Source: Chloroflexota bacterium (GTDB taxonomy: Bacteria; Chloroflexota; UBA11872; UBA12225). Taken from it: DNA of 64,000 nucleotides. Shown here piece by piece: positions 1 through 9,481 of the stretch. The notes under the pieces were generated by a model. It was not told the DNA's origin. It did no database searches and saw only the letters and a program-made list of their open reading frames with translations. Each line of letters opens with the position of its first letter. Within the stretch, counting starts at the first letter, position 1. A program made the position numbers and the translations under genes. The stretch covers positions 6,785 to 70,784 of the forward strand of contig JAUJOR010000016.1 of NCBI GenBank assembly GCA_030447525.1, written 5' to 3'.

Positions 1-50
1 TCACCGCGGCGGCACCTGGCGCTGGACTACCACTCACCGGCCCAGTTCCC

Positions 51-2228
51 TCAGGCCCCGGCGGGCCGGCGGGCCGCCAGGACTCCCCTCTGGGCGGCGC
101 CGGCGGCCCCCCCCTGGTTTGGCACCGCTGTCTCGGAGACCTCTACCGGCCGGTAGGCGGCGGCCTTGATCACGACACTGAGCTGGAGGATGTCGTAGCT
201 GGCCCAGAAGACGTTTGCCCCGGTGGCAAGCACGTCCCCGTCCACCCCCCATGCCAGGCGAGCCAGCTTCAGGAGTACCGCGCCGGCCAACAGGCCCATG
301 GCCACCAGCTGTAGTCGAACCAGCCCCCAGGGCATGCCCGGCCGGGTCTTTGGGCGAGTCTTGGGCGTGACGACAAAGCCCAGCCTGCGCCCGAAATAGA
401 CGTTCCCCAGGCCGCTGGTCACGGCCTTGATCCACACGGGGAAGAGGGCCAGACTGTACTGCTGTCCCCGCCAGGTGCTGCGGCCCCAGCCGACGATGAC
501 GAACTGCAACTGGTTTACCGCCAGGTACGGGAGCAGGTGGAGGAAAAAGTCCCCGCCGTATGCCCGCACCGGGAGCCAACCAAGGGTGAGGTAGAGCACC
601 GGGGCCGCCAGATAGACCACGGTGGCGAACCCCGAGAGGTACGTCCACATGGTGGCCAGGTACATCAGGCGTTGACCGAGCGACAACCCTCGTACAGTGA
701 GGGGGCTCTCTCGAAACAGGACCTGGATGGTGCCTTGCGCCCAGCGCAGTCGCTGCTGCAGGGCAGTGCGCAGGTCTTCTGGCGCCAGGCCGCGGGCGAG
801 CACCTCGTGGTGGTAGACAGAGCGCCATCCCAGGGCATGCAGGCGCATGGCCGTAGCCATATCTTCGGTGACGGAGATCGTCGCCAGGGGCATCAGCGGC
901 TGTGCCTCGTCGGACCGGTGGACGTCCACGGCCAACAGCAGGGCTCGCACCGCCCCCACAGCGGCCAGGGGCGACGAGTCCCGGGCCGTGAGCGCAGTCA
1001 ACGCCCGGTCGTCGTCCAGGGCTTCTGCCACGCTGCCCTCCGGGTCGGCCGAGTCCAGACCCGGGGTCTCTGCCAGCTCAGCGCGAATGCGCGCCAGGTC
1101 TCCTTGCACCAGCAGGCGCGAAACGGCCGCTGCGCGGCGTTGAAACGCCCACGTCAACTCCTGGACCGGCATGCCGGCGCGGAGGGCGTCGCCGGCATCG
1201 TGCACGGCCGCTCGGAGCTCGCTGAAGGCAGCCCGCATCCGCTCGCCGTCGGACTCGCTGCGCTCGCCTGACCTTGCCAGGTGTCCCTCGGCTGATCGGA
1301 GCACGCGGTCGGCCGCGTCAAGGGCCCGCCGGACGCGCCGCTCCAGGTCGCGGACGTAGTGTGTGATGCCCAGCTGCAGCAGGGCCTCCCGGCGCAGGAC
1401 GGCGTTCGAGCCGCAGAAGAAGGCGGCGTTCCAGCCATCCTTGCCCTGCTGGATCGGCCCGTAGAACAACGTCGCCTGGCTGCCGAACGGGTCGCCGGGC
1501 GGGACGTTGGAAAACCACTGCGGCGTCTGGACGAAGGCCACCTGTGGATCGCGGAAGTACCCCAGCGTGCGGTCCAGGATCTCAGGTGCCGGCACTTGAT
1601 CGGCGTCCAGGACGAGGACAAACTCGCCCTGCGTTTGCAAGATAGCGTTGTTGAGGTTGCCGGCCTTGGCGTGCCGCTGGAGGCCCTCCCACTCGGCCGT
1701 GCGGACGATGTAGTCTGCGCCCTCGGCCTCAACCATGACCCGCATGGCGGCCGAGCTCCCGTCATCCAGGACGTAGGTGCGGTGCGGGGTGTGGATGGCC
1801 AGGGCCGCGCGGACGGTCTCCCGCACCAGCTCCACCGGCTCGTCGTAGCAGGTGATGAACACGTCCACCGTCGCCTCTGGGAGCGTTGGGGGCGCCTCGC
1901 GGCGGCGCAGGCGCCAGATGGTCAGCCCGAACAGCCAGGCGCCGAGGTAGCTGTAGGTCTCCGCGGCCAGCAGGGCCAGGGCCAGCGGCCAGGACTCCCA
2001 GTTGACCGAGTGGAGGTAGCGCCAGCTCAGGTACCAGAAGCCGAGGGCCAGGTTCGCGCCGATCACGAGGCGCAGCAGGCCCAGCCGCAGGGCATGGCGC
2101 GCCGCGGCATCGGCCGGCAATAGCCGTCGCAGCCAGCGGGGCGTGGTCGTGGACTGGGGCGCGATGACCACATTCATCGAGGGGGTTCTCCTCCCTGACG
2201 TCTCATGCCTTTCGGCCCTGTTAGGCAC
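51..2228 (-). CDS. GT2 processive glycosyltransferase, cellulose synthase BcsA-like
   Basis: Motifs DDG, HAKAGNLN, DAD, QTPQ, FFCGS, TED and QRLRW; N- and C-terminal TM helices; no PilZ RxxxR motif at the C-terminus. Start could be the later Met (MNVV). Confidence 0.9.
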   Translation of the reverse strand: MPNRAERHETSGRRTPSMNVVIAPQSTTTPRWLRRLLPADAAARHALRLGLLRLVIGANLALGFWYLSWRYLHSVNWESWPLALALLAAETYSYLGAWLFGLTIWRLRRREAPPTLPEATVDVFITCYDEPVELVRETVRAALAIHTPHRTYVLDDGSSAAMRVMVEAEGADYIVRTAEWEGLQRHAKAGNLNNAILQTQGEFVLVLDADQVPAPEILDRTLGYFRDPQVAFVQTPQWFSNVPPGDPFGSQATLFYGPIQQGKDGWNAAFFCGSNAVLRREALLQLGITHYVRDLERRVRRALDAADRVLRSAEGHLARSGERSESDGERMRAAFSELRAAVHDAGDALRAGMPVQELTWAFQRRAAAVSRLLVQGDLARIRAELAETPGLDSADPEGSVAEALDDDRALTALTARDSSPLAAVGAVRALLLAVDVHRSDEAQPLMPLATISVTEDMATAMRLHALGWRSVYHHEVLARGLAPEDLRTALQQRLRWAQGTIQVLFRESPLTVRGLSLGQRLMYLATMWTYLSGFATVVYLAAPVLYLTLGWLPVRAYGGDFFLHLLPYLAVNQLQFVIVGWGRSTWRGQQYSLALFPVWIKAVTSGLGNVYFGRRLGFVVTPKTRPKTRPGMPWGLVRLQLVAMGLLAGAVLLKLARLAWGVDGDVLATGANVFWASYDILQLSVVIKAAAYRPVEVSETAVPNQGGAAGAAQRGVLAARRPAGA

Positions 2229-2351
2229 ACTGGAGCAGTCCGGAGGAACGGCCTCGCCGCCTCACGTATGAGGTTCCTATCACCCCCGCCGGTCCCCTCC
2301 CCAGCGCGCCCGGGGCGCGGACGGATAGGCGGATAGAAGGACGCATCGTCG

Positions 2352-4511
2352 TCACTGACCGGACTCTGTTGGCCCCGCAGGCGTCTCAGGGCTCCTGAGG
2401 ACGGAGGCCAGGGCGTCATAGAGCTGGGACTGCCGCACCGGCTTGGTGAGGGTGGCCGGGATCCCCAATCGGCGTGCCCCCTCCGCGGCGTGGTCGCCCA
2501 CTGAGGTGAGCAGTATCAGCCGGGTCGCCCCCAGGGCGGGGTCGGCCATGATCACCTGGGCCAGCGCCAGGCCGTCCATGCCCGGCATCTGCATGTCCAG
2601 GATGGCCAGCTGGAACGGCTCTCCCCGCCCTACCCCCGCTCGCAGCAGCCCGAGCGCCACCGGCCCGTCCACGGCCGAGGTGGGATGCATGCCCCACGCG
2701 CCGAGCTGGCGGTCTAAGAGGGCGCGGCTGGTGGCGTTGTCGTCCACGACAAGGACGCGCAGGTTCTGTAGATCCGGCGCGTCGGCGGCAACGAGCCTAC
2801 GGGGCTCGGGGGACGCCCCTGGCTGCGGCGCAAACGGCGCGGTGAACCAGAAGGTGCTGCCGTCGCCCGGCGCGCTCTCCACCCCTATGGTCCCGCCCAT
2901 CAGCTCCACCAGCTGCTTGGAGATGGCCAGCCCCAGCCCGGTGCCCCCGTAGCGGCGGGTAGTCGAGGCGTCGGCTTGCGTAAAGGCCCGGAACAGGCCG
3001 GTCCGGGCAGTGGGCGTGAGCCCAATGCCGGTGTCTCTGACCGCAAAGCGGAGGATCGTCGCCACGGCACCCGTCTCAGCCGCACCTACATGCACGCTGA
3101 CCTCCCCGCGCTCGGTGAACTTGATCGCGTTGCCGAGCAGGTTGCTCAGCACCTGCCGCAGGCGGAACGGATCGCCCTGCAGGGCACGCGGCACCTCGGG
3201 GGCAACCGAGACCGTCAGCTCCAGGCCCTTCTCCTGCGCGCGGGCGGCGAGCGAGCCGGCGACGTGCTCCACCGTGGTCAGCAGGTTGAAATCGATGCAC
3301 TCGAGGCGCACCTGCCCCGCTTCGATCTTGGAGAAGTCCAGGACGTGGTTGATGGTGCGCAGCAGCATCTCTCCCGAGTTCTGCACCGCCGTCGCGTACT
3401 CCTGCTGCTCCTGCGTCAGTGGCGTCTCGAGGAGGAGCTCCGTCATGCCCAGCACCCCGTTCATCGGCGTCCGGAGCTCGTGGCTCATGTTGGCTAAGAA
3501 CTCGGACTTGGCCTGGGAGGCCGCCACCAGGCGCAAACGCTCGCGTTCTGCTCTAACCCGGTCGGTGACGTCCAGGGCCAGCCCGATGGTGCCGGTGATG
3601 GCGCCGCCAGGGCCCCGCAGGGGCTCCACCCGCGCCTCCAGCGTGTGGCCGGCCCACTCCAGCTGGTAGTCCGCCGTTGCCCCGCTGAGGGCCCGCCGAT
3701 GCGCGGCAACGGCCGGGAACGCCGGATCGTCGGTGCGGAAGTACTCGGCGATAGGCTTGCCTACGAGTTGCCCGGCGGCTACGCCCAGGCTGGCCAGCCC
3801 GGCGCCCTGGCTGGAGGTGAACCGCAGGTCGGCGTCCGTTGACCACAGGACGGCGGGCATCTGCTCGGCCAGGAGCCGCACGCGGCCCTCGCTCGCCGCC
3901 GTGCCGGCGCGGGCGACCTCGTTGAGGCGCCAGTTGGCGACGGCGGCCGCGCTCGCGGCGAGCACGAAGGCGCCATGGATCGAGGCCCACTTCCAGGGGT
4001 GCTCCAGGGCGTCTGGATGGTTATAGATAGATGTCGGGTCGAGGACGCCCAGCACGCCGTGGTGCACGATGACGTACCCCAGGGCCACGCCGAAGGGCAG
4101 CCAGTCCTGGTACAGGGCGATAACAGCCACCATCACGAAGAAGTGGAAATGCATCTCTACGAAGCCGCCGGAGAGGTGCACCAGTACCGCCGAGGCGGTG
4201 ATCAGGCCTATGCTTGCCGCGGCGCTGCGCCAGCGCCGCCCGCCGGCGTTGCGGCCGGCGAGCAGGGCCGCGGTGGCCACCAGCGCGCCTTCGGGGACGA
4301 CGTGGGCCAGCCCCTCGCCCATCAGCAAGCCAAAGGCGACTAGCCCTCCGGCGTGGAGCCACAGCAGCACAAGCATGACCCGGTGGCGGGCCCGCCAGGC
4401 CGGCTCCGGCAGCGGGTGCCCCTGGGGCAGGGCCGCCTGGAACCGGTTGAGCAGGCCAGAGAGCTGCGGCCGGAACAGCCCGGCGGGCCCAGCAAGCGTC
4501 CGTGCGGCCAT
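2352..4511 (-). CDS. Membrane-bound hybrid sensor histidine kinase (TM sensor-PAS-HisKA-HATPase-REC)
   Basis: H-box FLANMSHELRTPMNG, N-box NLLGNAIKFT, G-boxes DTGIG and GGTGLGL, receiver VLVVDD...DMQMP...KP. Confidence 0.93.
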   Translation of the reverse strand: MAARTLAGPAGLFRPQLSGLLNRFQAALPQGHPLPEPAWRARHRVMLVLLWLHAGGLVAFGLLMGEGLAHVVPEGALVATAALLAGRNAGGRRWRSAAASIGLITASAVLVHLSGGFVEMHFHFFVMVAVIALYQDWLPFGVALGYVIVHHGVLGVLDPTSIYNHPDALEHPWKWASIHGAFVLAASAAAVANWRLNEVARAGTAASEGRVRLLAEQMPAVLWSTDADLRFTSSQGAGLASLGVAAGQLVGKPIAEYFRTDDPAFPAVAAHRRALSGATADYQLEWAGHTLEARVEPLRGPGGAITGTIGLALDVTDRVRAERERLRLVAASQAKSEFLANMSHELRTPMNGVLGMTELLLETPLTQEQQEYATAVQNSGEMLLRTINHVLDFSKIEAGQVRLECIDFNLLTTVEHVAGSLAARAQEKGLELTVSVAPEVPRALQGDPFRLRQVLSNLLGNAIKFTERGEVSVHVGAAETGAVATILRFAVRDTGIGLTPTARTGLFRAFTQADASTTRRYGGTGLGLAISKQLVELMGGTIGVESAPGDGSTFWFTAPFAPQPGASPEPRRLVAADAPDLQNLRVLVVDDNATSRALLDRQLGAWGMHPTSAVDGPVALGLLRAGVGRGEPFQLAILDMQMPGMDGLALAQVIMADPALGATRLILLTSVGDHAAEGARRLGIPATLTKPVRQSQLYDALASVLRSPETPAGPTESGQ

Positions 4512-4890
4512 CTGTGGGCATGCTCCCCTTTTCGAGGCGGGTCAGCCGCGCGTCCCGCCGTCTCCGCGGACGATCGTGGGCGCAGGCCAGGACTATCGGT
4601 CAGGTGGCGCAAAGCGCGTCGCGCCGGAGCAGCCCGCCCCATGGCACGACCCTCTCCCACGCCTGGTCCCCGTCCCGGCAGTTCCCCCGGTACTGACGCC
4701 GCGCAATTGGCCGCCGCACTCCCGGGGCTCCCGCTGCCGGATACAAGGGCGCCCGCCCTGGCGACGGGATGGGCTGGCGCTGCCCGCGCCAAGTGCCAGG
4801 GCGCTCGGCGGCGGCCCGGCGTGCTGCCTTCAGCCAAACGCCGGCACGGGCGTCCCGGGGACACACCTGTGCCTGAAGACGAGCGCCTGC

Positions 4891-5781
4891 TCAGGCCGCG
4901 CGGCGAGACAGGCCGGCAATCGCTATCAGGAGCGTCCCGGCGATGGCCACAACGCCGTACTCGGCCATCAGACGCCGAGACAGGCGCTCCTGGAGGTGAT
5001 GAGAGAGGATGCCGATGAGAAAGTAGAACGACGATAAGAGGAAGGCCCCGCCGAACAGGCCGTTGAGGGGCCAGTAGTTCAGCGCCCAGGTGATCTCGCC
5101 CACGGCCAGGGCCACGACGGCGGCGTAAAGCAGGGCCCGCGGCCAGGGTGCCGCCGGGACGAGGCTTGCTCGGGGTGAAGACTCCAGCCGGCTGGAGCCC
5201 TCCGACGCCGGCAGGCCCGCACCATCCCCCGCCCCACTCACTCCATCCTGTCCGCCCTTCCCCTGTGAGTCCCCGGCCCCTTCCCGTACCAGCCGGAACT
5301 GCCGGGCCGCTAACAGAAAGGTAATCAAGACGATCCCCGGGGCGGAGATCAGCGTCCTGGCCTTGGCCTGGTAGATGGCTGCGTACAGCGCGAAGGCGGC
5401 CACATACCCGACCATGCTGAGGAGCAGAGTGGCCTGGCGGGGCTCGGCGATTCCCAGTCGTAGACGGTGCTCGGCCCAGAATACGGCGAACAGCAGGGCG
5501 CCAAATGTAGCCAGGCCAAGCACGATAGCCACGCCGTTGTCGAGGAGCTGCAGGAAGAGCACGGCCCCCAGCGCCAGCGTGGCCGGCAGAATGAAGAGGT
5601 CGGGGGAGGGGCGGTAGCGAGCCTCCCCGCGTAGCACCAGGTCAAGCCCGGCCGAGAGGGTCACCACCAGGACGCCCACCAGCAGCACCACCAGCGGCGA
5701 GCGGACGTTTACCGCCAGGGCAACGCCGAGAACGCCCACGGCCACGACGACCGTGATCTTCTCCAAGGTCCGCGAGGTCAT
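4891..5781 (-). CDS. Multi-pass membrane protein (possibly DUF5656-like)
   Basis: About 8 hydrophobic helices; WALNYWPL motif; family assignment from recollection only. Confidence 0.7.
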   Translation of the reverse strand: MTSRTLEKITVVVAVGVLGVALAVNVRSPLVVLLVGVLVVTLSAGLDLVLRGEARYRPSPDLFILPATLALGAVLFLQLLDNGVAIVLGLATFGALLFAVFWAEHRLRLGIAEPRQATLLLSMVGYVAAFALYAAIYQAKARTLISAPGIVLITFLLAARQFRLVREGAGDSQGKGGQDGVSGAGDGAGLPASEGSSRLESSPRASLVPAAPWPRALLYAAVVALAVGEITWALNYWPLNGLFGGAFLLSSFYFLIGILSHHLQERLSRRLMAEYGVVAIAGTLLIAIAGLSRRAA

Positions 5782-5833
5782 GCCACCATACTACGGCCTC
5801 ACCAAGGCTTTGCCACGCCGGGCACGCGGCGCC

Positions 5834-6002
5834 CAGGGCCTTTTCATTAGAGCCGCTCCTGGGGCACCGCCCGCGGCGTGGTCACGCCGAGCCCCGCGAG
5901 GCACCCGGGCCGCCGGTCCACGGACGGTGGGACGACTCGCTGATCCCTCGCTGCCCTCGGGATGACCCGCAACCACCGCCTACCCCTGATGAAAAGGCCC
6001 TG
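5834..6002. mobile_element. 169-bp MITE, copy 1, ISAs1-like ends
   Basis: TIRs CAGGGCCTTTTCATTAG / CTGATGAAAAGGCCCTG; 8-bp direct repeat GCGGCGCC at 5826-5833 and 6003-6010; closely similar copy at 18633-18801. Confidence 0.9.
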
Positions 6003-6133
6003 GCGGCGCCCAGGACTCCCGAGAGGCTGTGCTAGAATCCTGCAGCCGATGTTCTTGTCGGATCGTAGGCGCCGAAGAAGTCAGCAGGCCGGCGGGTATA
6101 GAGCCAGGGCCTGAGCCGAGGTGTACGTTGCAG

Positions 6134-6658
6134 ATGGAGCGCGTGCCCGTGACCGCCGCCGTCCTCGTGCTGAACCAGAACTACGAGCCGCTCAACATCT
6201 GCAACGCCCGGCGCGCCTTCGTCCTCGTCGACCGGGGCAAGGCTGAAGTGCTGGAGCACAGCGCCGTTGGCTTTCGCACGGCCACTACGGTGCTGCCCCG
6301 TCCCAGCGTAATCAAGCTGGCCTACATGGTCAAGCGCCCCCGCCCCCAGGTACGGCTCTCGCGGCGGGAGATCTTCATGCGTGACGATTACACCTGTCAG
6401 TACTGCGGCAGCCGCGCCCGCGACCTCACGCTTGACCATGTGGTGCCAAAGCACCGTGGCGGGGGGCACAGCTGGGACAACCTGGTCAGCGCCTGCCGCT
6501 CGTGTAACCACCACAAGGGCGGGAAGACGGTGGACGAGGCGCGCATGCGCCTGGTGCATCCGCCGCGCCGGCCCCAGCCGGTGCAGTACTTTCTGTGGGT
6601 GCAGCGCCTGCACGGCGAGGCCTATCAGTCGTGGCTCAAGTTCTTGCCCCAGGGGTAG
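6134..6658 (+). CDS. HNH endonuclease (McrA/HNH_5-like)
   Basis: VLVLNQNYEPL N-terminus; RDDYTCQYCG...TLDHVVP...WDNLVSACRSCNHHK. Start ATG 6134 or GTG 6149. Confidence 0.9.
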   Translation: MERVPVTAAVLVLNQNYEPLNICNARRAFVLVDRGKAEVLEHSAVGFRTATTVLPRPSVIKLAYMVKRPRPQVRLSRREIFMRDDYTCQYCGSRARDLTLDHVVPKHRGGGHSWDNLVSACRSCNHHKGGKTVDEARMRLVHPPRRPQPVQYFLWVQRLHGEAYQSWLKFLPQG

Positions 6659-6700
6659 GTCACTCAGAACCGCGCGCTGTCTAGCGTCGGCTCTGCGCCC

Positions 6701-7282
6701 TCAGCTGAGCTCGGCCCCTTCCTCAGCTACTCCGCCTCTGGCCCTTGCAATCCCGGGCGGGCCCTCAGCCCGCTGGGCCAGGAGCTCGATCCGCTCGGCG
6801 GCGAGGTTGCCGGCAATACGCCCGCCGAGCAACGCCGCCAGCGCCAGCACGATGACCAGGGCCACTACGGCACCGGCCGCTCCCTGGTACCAGGACCATA
6901 CCCCCAGGAAGAGCAGGATCATCCCTGCCCACCTCAAGGTCTTGGCGGCAAAGCTCCCCAGCATGGCCCCTCGATCACTCGTACGTACGGCCCACTCCAG
7001 TACCTGCCGCGCCAGCTGAGAGACGATTGTCCTGCCGCCGGCGGCCGCCTCCTCGCGGTCGACCATCGCCTGCCAGTCTTCCAGCGGCCGGCCATCGCGG
7101 ATAAAGCGATCTCGTAGGGCGGCGTAGAGCACCAAGCGCCGGCGCCGCACGCGATCCACGGCCAGGTCCTCTTCGTCGTCGTAGTCCACCGGGCGGCTGA
7201 GCGCGGCGGCTTCGTCCGTGGAGAGAAACGTCCGCTGCCGGCGCAGCTCTTCGCTGGCGATGGAGACGAGCTCAGATCCCAT
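6701..7282 (-). CDS. Hypothetical protein with two C-terminal TM helices
   Basis: Protein-like composition; two hydrophobic segments. Confidence 0.65.
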   Translation of the reverse strand: MGSELVSIASEELRRQRTFLSTDEAAALSRPVDYDDEEDLAVDRVRRRRLVLYAALRDRFIRDGRPLEDWQAMVDREEAAAGGRTIVSQLARQVLEWAVRTSDRGAMLGSFAAKTLRWAGMILLFLGVWSWYQGAAGAVVALVIVLALAALLGGRIAGNLAAERIELLAQRAEGPPGIARARGGVAEEGAELS

Positions 7283-7367
7283 CTCTGAGACTCTAGCGCC
7301 CTCTGAGATTCAAGCACCCTGCGGGTGGCGGTGTCCTTCGGGGGGCAGCCGGCCCGGACGGCCGGGC

Positions 7368-7820
7368 TTAGCGTACGGTGAAGCCCGCCGCCTGCTTGTA
7401 CTCCTGACCCTGGTAGCGCATCACCACCTCAACGCGCACATTCGACCCGCGCGTCGCCGGGGCGACCGGGATCGCCAGGTCCGGGGCGCGGCCGTCCGGA
7501 AAGGTGGTCACCTCGGACGTAAAGGTTTGCGGGCCAGAAGGGTACGCGACCGTGGCCGACACCTGGGCACCGGAGACGGGGCGTTGCTGCCCGCCGGTGA
7601 AGCGAAGAAAGGTGGCCCGCACGATGACGTTCTCGTCCTGCCCAAGGCGGGCTTCCTGGGGAATCATCTGGACGCGCACCTGAAAGGGCGGCGGCGACGG
7701 CGTCTCCGCCGGGGCTGTCACGGCGGCCGCCGGGGCGGCCGCCGGGCCGCTCTCGCAGGCAATCAGTACAGCGGGGCCGGCAGCGGCCAGGCCGGAGAGG
7801 ATCACGCGTCGGTTGACCAT
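7368..7820 (-). CDS. Putative lipoprotein with twin-arginine-like signal and a beta-rich C-terminal domain
   Basis: MVNRRVILSGLAAAGPAVLIAC (RR plus LIAC lipobox), Ala/Pro linker, then alternating beta-strand pattern. Confidence 0.7.
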   Translation of the reverse strand: MVNRRVILSGLAAAGPAVLIACESGPAAAPAAAVTAPAETPSPPPFQVRVQMIPQEARLGQDENVIVRATFLRFTGGQQRPVSGAQVSATVAYPSGPQTFTSEVTTFPDGRAPDLAIPVAPATRGSNVRVEVVMRYQGQEYKQAAGFTVR

Positions 7821-7968
7821 ACCCGCGCTCCTTACCAAACCAGTGGGGACGAGCTCGAATCCCATTCTAGCAAAGGACAGCGGCCGTGCCTGCAGCGCCC
7901 CCGCCCCTTCTTGTCACCCTGGTGACACTCTGGTAGGATTTCATTAGCAGAAGGGGTACATTTGGATC

Positions 7969-8346
7969 ATGGTGGCCTCAGAGACGCAGTTGGTGCAGCT
8001 CACCGGAACGGCCGTTGCCGAGCTCCGAAAGATCATCGCTGAAGAAGGCCGTGATGATATCGGCCTGCGTGTCTTCGTCAGCCCCGGGGGCTGCTCCGGC
8101 CTGTCGTACGGGATGTCGCTCGAAGAGCGCTCCGACGACGGGGATTTCGTCGTCCAGCAAGAAGGATTGAGCGTCTTCGTGGACGAGTTCACCGCCAACT
8201 TCGTGCGGGGCGCGCAGATTGACTTCGTCAAGGGACTGATGGGCGCCGGCTTCACCGTGCACAATCCGAACGCGAAGAAGAGCTGCGCCTGCGGCCAGTC
8301 CTTCGATACGGGGGCCAACGCGGCCACGGCGCAGAAGTGTAGCTAG
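7969..8346 (+). CDS. A-type Fe-S cluster carrier (HesB/IscA/ErpA family)
   Basis: GGCSGLSY and NPNAKKSCACGQSF motifs. Confidence 0.95.
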   Translation: MVASETQLVQLTGTAVAELRKIIAEEGRDDIGLRVFVSPGGCSGLSYGMSLEERSDDGDFVVQQEGLSVFVDEFTANFVRGAQIDFVKGLMGAGFTVHNPNAKKSCACGQSFDTGANAATAQKCS

Positions 8347-8380
8347 ACCGGCGTACTACCCGTTCGACCGGACGCCCTTC

Positions 8381-8412
8381 AAGACCCCCGCCTTAGCGGG
8401 GGTCTTCGTCTT
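8381..8412 (+). terminator. Probable intrinsic terminator after the iscA-like gene
   Basis: Stem AAGACCCCCGC-ctta-GCGGGGGTCTT followed by CGTCTT. Confidence 0.7.
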
Positions 8413-8788
8413 GGCGGCATCGTACCTGGGCTGCCCGGCCCACCTCACCTATGGAGCAGTCGGTCGTGGCTCCATTACAGGAGTTGCGCAGTCCCAGAGA
8501 GGAGCCCATCCCGGCATCCAGGAGGGACGGCGTAGGTTCTGTCCATTAGTTGAGCGTAGTTGAGCGCCGCGCCAAGGCGCACCCTAGGCACGCTCAGGCC
8601 GAAGACGCGGGGAGTGGTGGGAAGCAGGGCAGCGGCCTGTGGCCCGCTCTTACCAGGCTCTTACCACCGGCGCCGGGTCGCCATGGTATAAGAACTGTAG
8701 ATTATGTGACGTGCGGCCCCATCCCCCGGCAACGTTGCCGAGGGGGTCGAGTTGGGCCGGCGAATGACGTTTTCGGAGGCAAGTGGAC

Positions 8789-9481
8789 ATGTTCTTCGAT
8801 CCGATGTACTTCGTCTTCGCCTTGCCGGCGTTGCTGCTGGCGATGTACGCCACCTTCAAGGTCCGGAGCACCTACGCCAAGTATTCGCAGGTGCCGAGCG
8901 CCACCGGCCTCACCGGCGCCGAGGTGGCGCGTCATCTGCTCAATGCCGCCGGGCTCAATCATGTGCAGGTGGAGCGCGTGCCTGGGGATCTGACCGACCA
9001 TTACGACCCATCCCAGAAGGTAGTGCGCCTCTCGGACTCCAACTATGCCAGCTACTCAGTGGCTGCAATCGGGGTCACCGCCCACGAGGTAGGGCATGCC
9101 ATCCAGGATGCAACGGCGTACGCCCCGATGCGCCTGCGTACCGGCCTGGTGCCCATCGCCGGGCTGGGGAGCAACCTGGGCTACATCCTGTTCATGGCCG
9201 GTTTCTTCCTCCAGATGTTCAACCTGGCGATCATCGGTCTGGTCCTCTTCAGTGGGGCAGCCGTGTTCGCCGCCGTGACCCTGCCGGTGGAGTACAACGC
9301 CTCGAACCGAGCCATGGCCCTGTTGGAGGCGAATGGCCTCGTCACCGTCCAGGATGCGGGGATGGCCCGCAAGGTGCTGGACGCGGCCGCCCTCACCTAC
9401 GTAGCCGGCCTGGCGCAGGCCATCTCCCAGGTGCTGTATTTCGCCTTCCTCTTGATGGGGATACGCCGGAGTGAGGACTAG
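8789..9481 (+). CDS. Membrane zinc metallopeptidase, YugP/Zn_peptidase_2 family
   Basis: LTDHYDP, AHEVGHAIQ, TLPVEYNAS, VLDAAALTYVA. Confidence 0.93.
   Translation: MFFDPMYFVFALPALLLAMYATFKVRSTYAKYSQVPSATGLTGAEVARHLLNAAGLNHVQVERVPGDLTDHYDPSQKVVRLSDSNYASYSVAAIGVTAHEVGHAIQDATAYAPMRLRTGLVPIAGLGSNLGYILFMAGFFLQMFNLAIIGLVLFSGAAVFAAVTLPVEYNASNRAMALLEANGLVTVQDAGMARKVLDAAALTYVAGLAQAISQVLYFAFLLMGIRRSED

Noticed and set aside
6134-6658. HNH nuclease as mobiliser of the adjacent MITE, or as an IscB/Cas-like effector
   Set aside because: Short stand-alone HNH of a widespread family with no RuvC motifs. The TIR plus 8-9 bp TSD points to a DDE transposase, and copy 2 has no HNH neighbour.
7283-7318. Imperfect 18-bp tandem repeat upstream of the 6701-7282 gene
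   Set aside because: Only two degenerate copies and no other support for a function
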